Source: Candidatus Omnitrophota bacterium | Lineage (GTDB): Bacteria > Omnitrophota > Gorgyraeia > Zapsychrales > Fredricksoniimonadaceae | Length of the DNA stretch: 64,000 nucleotides | Reading direction: 5' to 3' | Assembly: GCA_037131245.1 (NCBI GenBank) | Contig: JBAXRK010000002.1 | Location: 28,143 to 92,142, forward strand | Shown: positions 54,989 through 64,000 of the stretch, one piece after another | Position numbering within the stretch: position 1 is the first letter of the stretch | Layout: every line of letters starts with the position of its first letter | Notes under the pieces: generated by a model | What the model saw: only the letters and a program-made list of their open reading frames with translations | Databases searched by the model: none | Told to the model about the DNA's origin: nothing | Translations under genes and position numbers: made by a program

Positions 54989-55915
54989 ATGAAATGTCTT
55001 ATAACAGGTATATCTGGGTTTGTTGGCGCTCACTTGGTAGAGGCATTATTGGCGCAGGGGCATTCGATTGTCGGGATCGATGCTATCGCGCCTGCTAATT
55101 TATCTGGTGTGCGTTTTTATCAGGCATCCTTAATGGATAGTGTCGCGCTTAAGGCGGTTATTAACGATGTGGCGCCAGAAAGGATCATCCATTTGGCTTC
55201 GGCTAGTTCCGTTGGGACAAGTTGGGAGAAACCGGTGGATTGTTTCGTTAATAATACGAATATTTTCTTAAATCTTGTCGAGGCTGTGAGGTCTTCCAAG
55301 GTTTCTTGCCGTATTTTATCTGTCGGATCGTCCGAGGAATATGGTCCTGTAACCCAGAAGGATTTGCCGTTGAGCGAGGACCGCGCTCTTTACCCTATGA
55401 ATCCCTACGCCGTTGCGCGGGTCGCTCAAGAGCATCTTTCCAGGGTCTATTCTCAAGGGTATGGTTTGGATATTGTTTGTACCCGTTCATTTAATCATTT
55501 GGGCCCGGGGCAGAGCGACCGTTTTGTCGTGAGTTCTTTTGTGCGGCAGGCTGTTGAAGTTTCCAAAGGGAAGCGTTCGGCAGTTACTTGCGGGAGCCTG
55601 GATATTGTAAGAGATTTTGTGGATGTGCGGGATGTTGTGTCTGCCTATCAGCTTATTTTAGATAAAGGTGTTTCGGGGGGTATTTACAATGTGTGTAGCG
55701 GCCGGGGTGTTCTGTTAAAAGATATTCTTGCGACGATTTGCAATAAAGTCGGTGTACCAGCTTCTTTTTTGCGATCTGATCAATTGATCCGACCTATAGA
55801 TAACCCGGTTATTGTTGGTTGCAACGCCAAGTTAAAGCAGCTAGGGTTCTCCCCAGTGTATTCTTTAGATCGTTCTTTAGACGATCTCATTGGCTGGTGG
55901 AGAGAGAAAGCCTAG
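54989..55915 (+). CDS. NAD-dependent epimerase/dehydratase (possible GDP-6-deoxy-4-keto-mannose reductase, Rmd-like)
   Basis: 308 aa. ITGISGFVGAHL Rossmann motif and YAVARVAQE YxxxK. Location next to gmd/fcl suggests a GDP-sugar substrate. Confidence 0.55.
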   Translation: MKCLITGISGFVGAHLVEALLAQGHSIVGIDAIAPANLSGVRFYQASLMDSVALKAVINDVAPERIIHLASASSVGTSWEKPVDCFVNNTNIFLNLVEAVRSSKVSCRILSVGSSEEYGPVTQKDLPLSEDRALYPMNPYAVARVAQEHLSRVYSQGYGLDIVCTRSFNHLGPGQSDRFVVSSFVRQAVEVSKGKRSAVTCGSLDIVRDFVDVRDVVSAYQLILDKGVSGGIYNVCSGRGVLLKDILATICNKVGVPASFLRSDQLIRPIDNPVIVGCNAKLKQLGFSPVYSLDRSLDDLIGWWREKA

Positions 55916-55916
55916 T

Positions 55917-57443
55917 ATGCAGGTGCACGTAAAGACGACCACAAAGAAGCTACTAACCAACTCTGTTTACAACACCGTCTCCTGGTTTCTCATTGTTGCC
56001 ATAGGTATTCTTTTTACGCCGTTCATCGTCAAAAAGTTGACGATTGAAGGGTATGGTATTTACACGCTGTTGACGAGTTTGATCGGGTATTATGGCCTCT
56101 TGGACCTTGGGTTGGGTGACGGAGTTACAAAGTTCGTAGCTGAGTATAAAGCGCGCAATGATTGGGATGGGGTGAACAGGTCTGTAAATGCCGCTTTACT
56201 TATTCAGATCATCCTCGGCGCGATTGGTTCTGGGTGTCTTGTTTTTTTCGCGGATGGAATTTTACACTTATTAAAAGTTCCTGAGCAATTCTTTATCGCA
56301 GGGCAGCAAGGCGTTCGGTTTGTATCGATAGGGTTCTTTTTTACGATGTTGTCGGGAACTTTTAGCGCTGCTTTAAAAGGCCTGCAAAGTTATAAGCAAG
56401 TCAGTCAGGTCAATGTTTTCATGAACTTCGCGATGAATATCGCGATGATCCTGGTTCTCTTTCTTGGCGGGGGGTTGATCGGGGTTGTGATCCTGCCAAT
56501 GCTTTATTCAATGGTTTCCTTCGTCATTTATTGGGTGATCTTTTCAAAGCAGGTTCCGGGGTATAGGTTTGTTTGGTCGTTTGATAAGCAAAGTACAGTT
56601 TCGGTTTTCAATTATAGCGGGTTTTTGTTCCTATCTCGATTGTCCAATACGTTTAATAATTATGTCGTCAGGTTTGTCATAGGATTCTTTCTGGGCCCTG
56701 CGTTTGTCGCTTTCTACTTTATTCCTTCACGGGTAGTCCAGACTTTTGGTGGTTTGTTAGGCAGTCTCTTTGGGGTTATTTTCCCGTATACCAGTGAACT
56801 TAGTGCGGGGCAGGACCTGGAGAAGATCCAAAGGGTTTTTCTTAAGACAACGAAACTTTTTGTATCACTTTCGATGCCGGTATTCCTGGCTTTGGCGGTT
56901 TTCGCGGGCCCGATCTTAAATTTGTGGATGGGGCCGGAATTCGCTCAAAAAGGCTGGCGTGTCTTGATGGTGCTTTCTTTAGGGTCAATATTAGGCTCCA
57001 TAACGACGGTGCCTAATTTGATTGCAATGGGGCTTGGGCAATCCAAGATTATAAGTTTGTTCTCAGTCTTTACCGTACTTGCTTATGCGGTATTTATGCC
57101 ATTCTTTACAAAATGGTGGGGTATCGAAGGTGCCGCATGGGCTATTCTTTTTGCTCAGATCCCGGGGATATTCCTGGTTTTTTACGAGATTAAGAATATC
57201 TTTAAACTGCCATTGATGAGTAGTCTTTGGGAAATCCTGGCCTATCATTGCTTACCTATCGTGATCACATGTTTTTTGCTTATGACATTCCAAGGGATGC
57301 TCGGCTTTAATCGTACCTGTGTGTTCCTTGGGTTAGGCCTTTATTTTGCGTTGTATTTCGGTGGCATGTTACTTACTAATTGGTTGCCAGCCAAAGAAGT
57401 TTTCTCGCATTTCTTGAAGAAAGGGTCGAATGCAAGTACATAA
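55917..57443 (+). CDS. wzx: polysaccharide flippase (Wzx-type, MOP superfamily)
   Basis: Start ATG 55917, in frame with track ORF 55890. About 12-14 TM helices. Family-typical N-terminus (LLTNSVYNTVSWFL). Confidence 0.6.
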   Translation: MQVHVKTTTKKLLTNSVYNTVSWFLIVAIGILFTPFIVKKLTIEGYGIYTLLTSLIGYYGLLDLGLGDGVTKFVAEYKARNDWDGVNRSVNAALLIQIILGAIGSGCLVFFADGILHLLKVPEQFFIAGQQGVRFVSIGFFFTMLSGTFSAALKGLQSYKQVSQVNVFMNFAMNIAMILVLFLGGGLIGVVILPMLYSMVSFVIYWVIFSKQVPGYRFVWSFDKQSTVSVFNYSGFLFLSRLSNTFNNYVVRFVIGFFLGPAFVAFYFIPSRVVQTFGGLLGSLFGVIFPYTSELSAGQDLEKIQRVFLKTTKLFVSLSMPVFLALAVFAGPILNLWMGPEFAQKGWRVLMVLSLGSILGSITTVPNLIAMGLGQSKIISLFSVFTVLAYAVFMPFFTKWWGIEGAAWAILFAQIPGIFLVFYEIKNIFKLPLMSSLWEILAYHCLPIVITCFLLMTFQGMLGFNRTCVFLGLGLYFALYFGGMLLTNWLPAKEVFSHFLKKGSNAST

Positions 57444-58641
57444 TTTGCGTAGAAAGATCACAGAAAGGTGGCGGGCTCATTGGCTGACTGTTTTTGGTTA
57501 CCCTGTTATTCGCAATGCGAATAAGGTTAGGCATCAGGTCAACAAGAAGCGGGCGTTGCTGATTTATCTTGTGAATTCCTTTACACGTGATATGCGGGAT
57601 CCTCTTTATCGCCAGCATCAGAATTTGAAGCAGTGCAGGCAAATTGTTTCGGTCCTTGATGAAGCTGGTTATGTTGTAGATGTTGTTGATTATCGGGATG
57701 AGAAGTTCGTTCCACGAAGGGCGTATGATTTAGTGATTAGTCATAGAACCCGGCATCCTTACAACGTGGCTCTATTCGGTGATAAGGCTTATAAAGTGTA
57801 TTTGTCATCAGGGATGAGTCATTTTGTTCATAATTTGAATGTCATGCGACGGCACGCGGCTCTTTTAGAGAGGAGAGGCTCTAAACTTGATACAATAACA
57901 CTTAATACTGAGGATCTTTCTTTTCTTTCCAAAGCACAGGCTATTATTGGGTTTGGGAATGATTACACAATGGGCAGTTGGAAGGCAGTTTTTAGCGGAG
58001 ATATTTATCCGTTTAACAACTACGCTTTGGAAGATACGCAATTAGTTCTTGATAAAAAGAATTTTCACGATGCGCGCAAAAAGTTTCTTTTCTTCGCCAG
58101 TGGGCCGCAGTTAAGGAAAGGGCTGGATCTGTTGTTGGAGGCTTTTCTGATCAGACCAGAGTATGATTTATATGTATGCAGTCGTTTTCAGCAAGAAAAA
58201 GATTTTTGTAAATTGTATCATAAGGAATTATTTGAAACAGCGAATATTCATCCTGTTGGCTTTGTTAATATGAACAGTCAACGCTTTTATGAATTATGTG
58301 AGAAATGTGCGTATGTAATCTTGCCTTCGGCTGAAGAAGGGCAGGCAGGTTCGGTGGTTCAGTGCATGGCGGCCGGTCTTATCCCAGTTGTAACGCCTGA
58401 AGTAGGGATTGATGTCGAGGGGTATGGTGTTAGGTCTGATTTAAACTCTGTCGAAAATATTATTCGCGTACTTGATCAATTAGTTTGCGTCTCTGATCAG
58501 GAATTGCGGGAGCAAACAATAAGAACGCGGCAGATATGCGATGAGCAGTATAGTGAGCCGGCCTTCATCAATAGATGGAGGAAGATTATAACTGATATCG
58601 ATGGTGTGCGGGCCCCTGGTAAAGTTTCATTGCGTCAATAA
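57430..58641 (+). CDS. putative glycosyltransferase (GT4-like C-terminal domain)
   Basis: 403 aa. The C-terminal half carries the E..G...V.CMAAGLIPVVT motif resembling the GT-B GT4 donor-binding domain. N-terminal half unassigned. Confidence 0.45.
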   Translation: MQVHNLRRKITERWRAHWLTVFGYPVIRNANKVRHQVNKKRALLIYLVNSFTRDMRDPLYRQHQNLKQCRQIVSVLDEAGYVVDVVDYRDEKFVPRRAYDLVISHRTRHPYNVALFGDKAYKVYLSSGMSHFVHNLNVMRRHAALLERRGSKLDTITLNTEDLSFLSKAQAIIGFGNDYTMGSWKAVFSGDIYPFNNYALEDTQLVLDKKNFHDARKKFLFFASGPQLRKGLDLLLEAFLIRPEYDLYVCSRFQQEKDFCKLYHKELFETANIHPVGFVNMNSQRFYELCEKCAYVILPSAEEGQAGSVVQCMAAGLIPVVTPEVGIDVEGYGVRSDLNSVENIIRVLDQLVCVSDQELREQTIRTRQICDEQYSEPAFINRWRKIITDIDGVRAPGKVSLRQ

Positions 58642-58666
58642 GGGGTTAGATCGCGGGGGGTTAGCA

Positions 58667-59779
58667 ATGGTTAAGGTCTTTTATGATGGCGCCATTTTCT
58701 ACAGGCAGAAACACGGTGGTGTTAGCGTTGTTTTCAGGGAGATTTTAAAAAGAATCCCCAAAGAAATTGATATTAAGTGCCGGTGTACTTTTCCTTCTGA
58801 TAACTGCCCTGCTGATATATCCGCCACGGTTAAGGCCGTTGTTCCTAGAGTTAGGCCTAGTCGGTTTTTTCCTTATATTTGGAATGTTGCTAACGTTCTG
58901 CATTGTAATGTTTTTAAGCCAGATATCTTCCATAGTACTTTTAATACCTCTGTGCCGGGATCCCGTCGCCTGAAGACAGTCTTTAGCGTTTACGATATGA
59001 TTATGGAGCGGTTTCCTATGGAGTTCTCCGGAAATAGATGGGGTGATTTGGTAAAGCTCAAAGAGCGCTTGGCTCGCCAGGCCGATGTTGTTCTCTGTAT
59101 TTCCGAGGCGACTAAGAGAGATGTTATAACATTGTATCCAGGGATTGATGAGCGTAAGGTTGTTAGTGTTTATTTGGCAGCTGATGAGGTTTTTTCAACG
59201 GATATTACCGTAGGAGAGAAAGGCACTTTTAGAGAGCAAAATAGGCTTGAGCGTCAATATTTGCTTTATGTTGGGTCGGTTGCCAATCCGTACAAGAACT
59301 TTGATCTTTTATTGAATGTTTACGCGACATCACCAGAGATCCATGACCGATTCGACCTTGTTGTCGTAAAACCGCATGGTTTTACAGAGCATCAATCGCA
59401 AATAGTTTCAAAGCTGGGGACAAAGATCAGGGCTTTTTCAGCGTTAAGAACTCCTGAGCTGAAAGCACTATATAATTGTGCTCGTGTTTTTGTATATCCG
59501 TCGAAATATGAGGGTTTTGGTATTCCCATCCTGGAAGCCATGGCTTGTGGAGTTCCAGTTTTAACGGCGAGAAGCTCTTCTCTGCCTGAGGTTGGTGGTG
59601 ATGCAGCTTTATACTTTGATCCAGATTCTTCTGATGATTTGCGCCACAATTTGCTACGCTTGCTGGATGATGATGCCCTGCGCAGCGGTTGCTTGCGCAA
59701 GATGGTGCCGAATGTGGAACGTTTTTCATGGGATAAGACGGCTCATGAGTACGCGGCAATTTATCGTCGACTGTGTTGA
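58667..59779 (+). CDS. glycosyltransferase family 4 (GT-B)
   Basis: Start ATG 58667, in frame with the track ORF. YPSKYEGFGIPILEAMACGVPVLTARSSSLPEVGGDAALYFDP is a canonical GT4 C-terminal motif. Confidence 0.75.
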   Translation: MVKVFYDGAIFYRQKHGGVSVVFREILKRIPKEIDIKCRCTFPSDNCPADISATVKAVVPRVRPSRFFPYIWNVANVLHCNVFKPDIFHSTFNTSVPGSRRLKTVFSVYDMIMERFPMEFSGNRWGDLVKLKERLARQADVVLCISEATKRDVITLYPGIDERKVVSVYLAADEVFSTDITVGEKGTFREQNRLERQYLLYVGSVANPYKNFDLLLNVYATSPEIHDRFDLVVVKPHGFTEHQSQIVSKLGTKIRAFSALRTPELKALYNCARVFVYPSKYEGFGIPILEAMACGVPVLTARSSSLPEVGGDAALYFDPDSSDDLRHNLLRLLDDDALRSGCLRKMVPNVERFSWDKTAHEYAAIYRRLC

Positions 59780-59874
59780 TGGGATTGATCGTTGAAAGGT
59801 CCTAAGGATGGTGTGTCATTGTGATCGGTAAAACCAGAGAATTCCTCGGAAGTCTTTTCGCCAGGCAGGGTTTT

Positions 59875-61146
59875 ATGAAGATCCTGCGCAATGGCGCGTG
59901 GGTTTCTTCCGACCGCATTCTCCGTCTTGGGTTCAGCCTGATTGTCGGGGCCTTAATGGCCCGGTATTTGACACCGAACTTATACGGGGCGTTTAACTAT
60001 GCCAGTAGTTTTGTGGCTTTGGTTTCAGTCTTTGCCACACTTGGACTTGAAAACATCGTGATCCGGGAGATCGTTAAGGCCCCGTCAAGAAGGGACGAGA
60101 TCCTGGGGACAGCGTTCTTTCTGAAATTATTCGGTGGTCTTTTTGTTATTTGCGTGACCGGTATTCTGATCCTTTTTGTCAGACCAGGCGATGCAATGGC
60201 AAGCGGGTTGGTCATCCTGACAGGATTAGCGTTTATTCCGCAAGCAATTTATACGATAGATTTTTATTTTCAAGCTGAGTTGAGATCGAAATATACCGTT
60301 ATTGCTAATTCTATAGCGTTCGTGACGTGTTCCATCGCTAAATTGACATTTATATATTTAGGAGCGTCGGTTTATGTCTTTGTGGCTCTTAGCTCGTTGG
60401 AAACACTGATCGGCGGGATTGGGATCTACATTTTTTATAAGAGGCTAGGTTTCAATCTTAGTGGTTGGCGGTTTGACCGCTCTGTTGCGTTTGGGCTGTT
60501 GAAAGACAGTTGGCCACTGATCTTTTCTGGTGTTGCGATCATGATCTATATGCGTATCGACCAGGTCATGGTGGGCAATATGCTGGGGAACACGTCATTG
60601 GGGCAGTATTCCGCGGCTGTGAAGATATCGGAGGTTTGGTATTTCTTGCCGTTGGCTATTGTGGCCTCGGTTTACCCGAAGATCGTTGAATTAAAGCAGA
60701 GGTCGGAGGCTGAGTATCACTTGCGATTACAGCAACTGTTTAATTTGATGTGTTTGATGGGTTATGTTGTCGGTGGGATTTTTTGTTTCGCCTCTAAGGA
60801 TATTATCGGTTTTGTCTTTGGTAAACAGTATGCGATGGCTAAAGACATTTTGTCGGTACATATATGGACCGGGCTCTTTATTGCGATTGGGGTAGCCCGA
60901 GGCAATTGGTTGATCAGTGAGAACCGAACCCGGTTCCAGTTTATGACTACGGCGATGGGTGCGGTGATTAATATTCTACTTAACATTGTCCTGATTAAGA
61001 GATATGGCGGCATCGGTGCGGCATGGGCCACGCTTATTTCCCAGGCCATCGTTGGTTATTTTTCAACCATTCTCATTGATAGAAAAATATTCTTGATGGA
61101 GACCCGCGCTCTTTTATTTGATTGGCGGGCCTTTGCTAAGCTATGA
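59875..61146 (+). CDS. second MOP-superfamily polysaccharide biosynthesis / flippase-like membrane protein
   Basis: Start at ATG 59875 (MKILRNGAWVSSDRILRLGFSLIVGALMARYLTP). An alternative is the GTG at 59821. About 12 TM helices. Confidence 0.55.
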   Translation: MKILRNGAWVSSDRILRLGFSLIVGALMARYLTPNLYGAFNYASSFVALVSVFATLGLENIVIREIVKAPSRRDEILGTAFFLKLFGGLFVICVTGILILFVRPGDAMASGLVILTGLAFIPQAIYTIDFYFQAELRSKYTVIANSIAFVTCSIAKLTFIYLGASVYVFVALSSLETLIGGIGIYIFYKRLGFNLSGWRFDRSVAFGLLKDSWPLIFSGVAIMIYMRIDQVMVGNMLGNTSLGQYSAAVKISEVWYFLPLAIVASVYPKIVELKQRSEAEYHLRLQQLFNLMCLMGYVVGGIFCFASKDIIGFVFGKQYAMAKDILSVHIWTGLFIAIGVARGNWLISENRTRFQFMTTAMGAVINILLNIVLIKRYGGIGAAWATLISQAIVGYFSTILIDRKIFLMETRALLFDWRAFAKL

Positions 61147-62078
61147 CGGAAAACACCTTTAAAACACCCGTTTTATTCCTGGTTTTTAATCGCCCTTCGA
61201 CAGCGCGCAGGGTGTGGGAAGCTATTCGCCGTGCCCGGCCTGAGCGTTTGTTCATTGCGGCAGATGGCCCGCGTTTAAACAAGTCCGAGGACCTCGCTAA
61301 ATGCCGGGAAGTTAAAGACATTGTTTCCCTGGTCGATTGGCCCTGTGAAGTGAAGCTCCTTTACCGGGAAGAGAATTTGGGTTGTAAGCTGGCCATCAGC
61401 TCCGCGATTGACTGGTTCTTTAGTCAGGTAGAAGAAGGGATCATCCTGGAAGATGATTGCCTTCCCGATGCTACGTTCTTTCCCTATTGCCAGCAAATGC
61501 TGGCCCGTTATCGTGACGATCAGCGGATCATGGCTGTATCGGGCATTAATTTACAGTTTGGCCGTAAAAGAGGGGATGCCAGTTATTACTTCTCGAAGCA
61601 TATTCACGTTTGGGGTTGGGCTTCCTGGCGCAGGGCCTGGAAGCATTACGATGTAACGATCAAAGCCTGGCCGCAGTTTAGGGATGGTGGGTATCTTAAA
61701 GACTTATGGCATGATGATAAGAAAGTCCAATACTGGACACGGATATATGACTTTGTTTATGGTGGCGAGATCGACACCTGGGATTATCAGTGGGAATTCG
61801 CAATGTGGCAGCAGGGGGCTCTTAATGTGATGCCTTCGGTAAATCTGGTTTCTAATATTGGGTTTGGGTCTGACTCTACGCACACGGACGATACGCACGA
61901 GGTTGCAGATCTTAAGCTAGAACCAATGATCTTTCCTGTAAAGCACCCGGTATTTATTATCAGGGATAAAGAAGCAGATGATTTTACCGATTCTTTGGTG
62001 TATACCACAGGAAAGCCTTCTTTACGGGTAAGGGCATTACGTAAATTAAAAAGGCTCAAGAAAAAGCTGCGGATATGA
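61143..62078 (+). CDS. putative GT-A fold glycosyltransferase
   Basis: 311 aa. N-terminal PVLFLVFNRP...FIAADGPR resembles a GT2-like nucleotide-sugar-binding region. Acidic EDDC motif. Confidence 0.4.
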   Translation: MTENTFKTPVLFLVFNRPSTARRVWEAIRRARPERLFIAADGPRLNKSEDLAKCREVKDIVSLVDWPCEVKLLYREENLGCKLAISSAIDWFFSQVEEGIILEDDCLPDATFFPYCQQMLARYRDDQRIMAVSGINLQFGRKRGDASYYFSKHIHVWGWASWRRAWKHYDVTIKAWPQFRDGGYLKDLWHDDKKVQYWTRIYDFVYGGEIDTWDYQWEFAMWQQGALNVMPSVNLVSNIGFGSDSTHTDDTHEVADLKLEPMIFPVKHPVFIIRDKEADDFTDSLVYTTGKPSLRVRALRKLKRLKKKLRI

Positions 62079-63151
62079 AAAAAGTTTTGATCGTAAAGCC
62101 CGACGGGATTGGAGATTTTGTTATTTTTTCTGCTGTGCTGGCAGAATATGCGAGGCTTTATAAAGACAGCCAGCTCGATTTGCTTTGTCATCCAAATGTT
62201 AAGCTTTTAGCAGAGGCTATGCCGTATTTTAATCGTATTGATTGTGTCGAATGGGCTAGATTAGGCCGAAAGAAAGGGCTGTTTTATAAGATTGGGTTTC
62301 ATTTAAGGATGTTAATCAGGCATTATGATCTAGTTATTTATCCTCTTTATTCGCGAGAACATAAAGGGGACGTGATCGTCCGTTTTCTTCGAGCGAAGGA
62401 GAAAGTGGCGTTTGATGGCGGTCCGGCACGGGATATAGCTGACCGGGTTAAGCGGCGTAACCGATGGTACGCCCGGATCATTACGGCTGATCCAAGGGAA
62501 TGTTTGGAGATAGAACGGAATGCCGAATTCATTAATAAGATAGGCGGTAACGTTTCTTTACATGGCTTGGCGCCAAAGCTTTTTTTTACTCAAGAGGACA
62601 CGCTAGAATTTGATGACTTGTGCCGTTCGAATAGATTGAAGAGTAAGGAGTATATTTGTTTCTTCCCTGGTGCGGGAATGCCGATCCGGCATTGGGATCC
62701 AAAGGAGTGGATATCGTTGATCGGCAATCTACGCCGGCAAAGACCGACCCAGACATTTGTTTTTCTGGGGGGGGAAGCGGATCGGGGCGTTGTAAACAAG
62801 ATATTGTCTGGTCTTCAGGCCGATGGTTGCATGGTAGACCTTGTTGGAAAGCTAGGGCTGCGTTTAACGGCTAAGGTGATCGAGGGAGCCCAGTTGCTGG
62901 TATCAATGGAGACTTCAGCTGTTCATATTGCCGCGGCTGTTGGTACGCCCAATGTATGTCTTATTGGCGGCGGGCATTTTGGCAGGTTTTACCCGTATGG
63001 TGATCTTGCAAAGAACAGGATCGTTTTTAAGAAGATGGATTGTTTTGGGTGTAACTGGAACTGTAGATATTCTAGGATTAGATGTATTCTGGAAATTTCA
63101 CATTTGCATGTATCCACTGAAGTTGAAAGGGCTGGTTATGCGCGGGATTAA
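62075..63151 (+). CDS. glycosyltransferase family 9 (heptosyltransferase-like)
   Basis: 358 aa. KILIVKPDGIGDFV N-terminus and the C-terminal GxxxxxVSxxTSAVHIAAAVGTP motif of GT9. Confidence 0.65.
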   Translation: MKKVLIVKPDGIGDFVIFSAVLAEYARLYKDSQLDLLCHPNVKLLAEAMPYFNRIDCVEWARLGRKKGLFYKIGFHLRMLIRHYDLVIYPLYSREHKGDVIVRFLRAKEKVAFDGGPARDIADRVKRRNRWYARIITADPRECLEIERNAEFINKIGGNVSLHGLAPKLFFTQEDTLEFDDLCRSNRLKSKEYICFFPGAGMPIRHWDPKEWISLIGNLRRQRPTQTFVFLGGEADRGVVNKILSGLQADGCMVDLVGKLGLRLTAKVIEGAQLLVSMETSAVHIAAAVGTPNVCLIGGGHFGRFYPYGDLAKNRIVFKKMDCFGCNWNCRYSRIRCILEISHLHVSTEVERAGYARD

Positions 63152-64000
63152 GCTATTTCTTACTTTAACTTCAGCGTTGGTTGTGGCGATGGGCCTTTTG
63201 AAGGTTTTCGATAGGTTTAGCCATCCCTTTGTTTTGTTGTCGATTGTTTTTATGTTCTTTATTTTTATGCTTGCTGCGCTTGCTCTAAGAAAGAAACATT
63301 TATTGCTTTATCCGGTCCTTTTTGCATTTCCTGTGATGGAGTTGCGATTTCCTGACGTTAGCGTCTTTGCTTTTATTTTGATACCGGTAGCACTGATCTT
63401 TTCGAATGAATTGGGTAAATTTATTTCCAAGAAATGGGATTGGCGCTATGCAATACCCCTGATGATCTTTTTAGGTATCTTCATCTTTACAACCTTAACC
63501 GCTCCATATAAGTTTGAAGCCATTCGGCACGCATCATTTTTCATCCCAGCGATTCTTTTATATCTTGTTTTGTGTTCCATGATGAAGACAGTCAAGGACT
63601 TTGAGATGCTTTGGTGTTCAATGATTCTAATGTGTAGCTTTGCTGTTGCAATATCAGTGATCCAGTTGATCTTTGGAATTAACGCGGTCAAGTTTTTCTT
63701 CTTTGAGTACAATGTGAACGTGGATATGTATGGTGCCGCACGTAGAATTCCAAGTATGTTTAGCGACGCGCAAGTAGCAGGGCAATATTTTGCGGTTATG
63801 GCTTTGGCATTAAGTGCGTATGCAACTTTGGGGTTTAAATGGGCGAGATACGCTAAATTATTAGCTTTCGGTGTTATTGCGTGTCAACTTCTTACGATTA
63901 GTCGTTCAGCGACTTTTGGCTTGGTTTTGGGTTGGGCATTTGTAAAGTTTCTTAGTGGAGCTCAACGGTTAATCTTCATGATATTGCTTTTTGGGGTAAT
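63138..64000 (+). CDS. Wzy-type polymerase / O-antigen-ligase-family membrane protein (3' truncated by window end)
   Basis: ATG ~63138 (MRGIKLFLTLTSALVV...). Multi-TM. The RRIPSMFSDAQVAGQYFAVMALAL stretch resembles the Wzy_C motif. No stop before position 64000. Confidence 0.5.
   Translation, partial: MRGIKLFLTLTSALVVAMGLLKVFDRFSHPFVLLSIVFMFFIFMLAALALRKKHLLLYPVLFAFPVMELRFPDVSVFAFILIPVALIFSNELGKFISKKWDWRYAIPLMIFLGIFIFTTLTAPYKFEAIRHASFFIPAILLYLVLCSMMKTVKDFEMLWCSMILMCSFAVAISVIQLIFGINAVKFFFFEYNVNVDMYGAARRIPSMFSDAQVAGQYFAVMALALSAYATLGFKWARYAKLLAFGVIACQLLTISRSATFGLVLGWAFVKFLSGAQRLIFMILLFGV

Noticed and set aside
1-64000. Looked for tRNA, rRNA, CRISPR repeats, transposase or integrase genes and IS terminal inverted repeats.
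   Set aside because: None found by eye. The AT-rich pockets contain promoters and hairpins but no spaced identical repeats of CRISPR type. No ORF resembles DDE, serine or tyrosine recombinases. The small excisionase-family HTH has no adjacent integrase.
32267-64000. Considered calling the locus a PEP-CTERM/exosortase system.
   Set aside because: Several accessory families fit (FemAB-like, EpsL-like barrel, Wzz/kinase-like, deacetylase, sugar transferase). However, no exosortase (EpsH/XrtA) gene and no protein with a PEP-TM-basic C-terminal tail is visible in the window. It is left as a resemblance only.

Overview
This is a high-GC (~60%) bacterial chromosomal segment with nearly all genes on the + strand; only ppa and a small neighbouring ORF are on the - strand. 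From start to end it contains:

(1) A housekeeping block: a DJ-1/PfpI protein, the opgG-opgH periplasmic glucan operon, inorganic pyrophosphatase, a UDG-superfamily glycosylase, a DEAD-box helicase, a tiny zinc-ribbon ORF and a membrane fatty-acid desaturase.

(2) A glycerol and fatty-acid catabolism cluster: glpK, glpD, a FadB/FadJ-type multifunctional enzyme, a PaaK-like adenylate-forming enzyme, a thiolase and an acyl-CoA dehydrogenase. The cluster ends in an unusual cNMP-binding-domain/patatin phospholipase fusion.

(3) A multihaem cytochrome module, delimited upstream by the start of a receiver-only response regulator and downstream by an intrinsic terminator. It holds a ~21-haem cytochrome c, a giant ~1361-aa tandem-repeat cytochrome c with about 57 CxxCH motifs, a 712-aa outer-membrane beta-barrel-like protein, a secreted Sel1/ankyrin-repeat protein and a His-rich membrane protein. 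I read this as a candidate porin-cytochrome extracellular electron-transfer conduit. It is the most unusual system in the window.

(4) A ~32 kb exopolysaccharide / O-antigen-type locus. Its components are an initiating sugar phosphotransferase, rmlACDB, two Wza-like exporters (one a lipoprotein with 4x86-aa SLBB repeats), a Wzz/BY-kinase-like protein, a deacetylase, gmd/fcl, an ATP-grasp enzyme, a FemAB-like GNAT, two paralogous ATP-grasp-like enzymes flanking an acyltransferase-3 gene, an OM beta-barrel, flippases, glycosyltransferases and a truncated Wzy-like polymerase. The locus is interrupted by an AbiEi/AbiEii toxin-antitoxin pair and by a stand-alone AAA ATPase with its own promoter. 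It ends in a lower-GC (~40-50%) variable module from ~55 kb onward.

I found no rRNA, tRNA, CRISPR array or transposase.

The ORF track evidently reports GTG/TTG starts as M, so several starts were re-placed at downstream ATGs with ribosome-binding sites. Hand-derived coordinates may be off by 1-2 nt.
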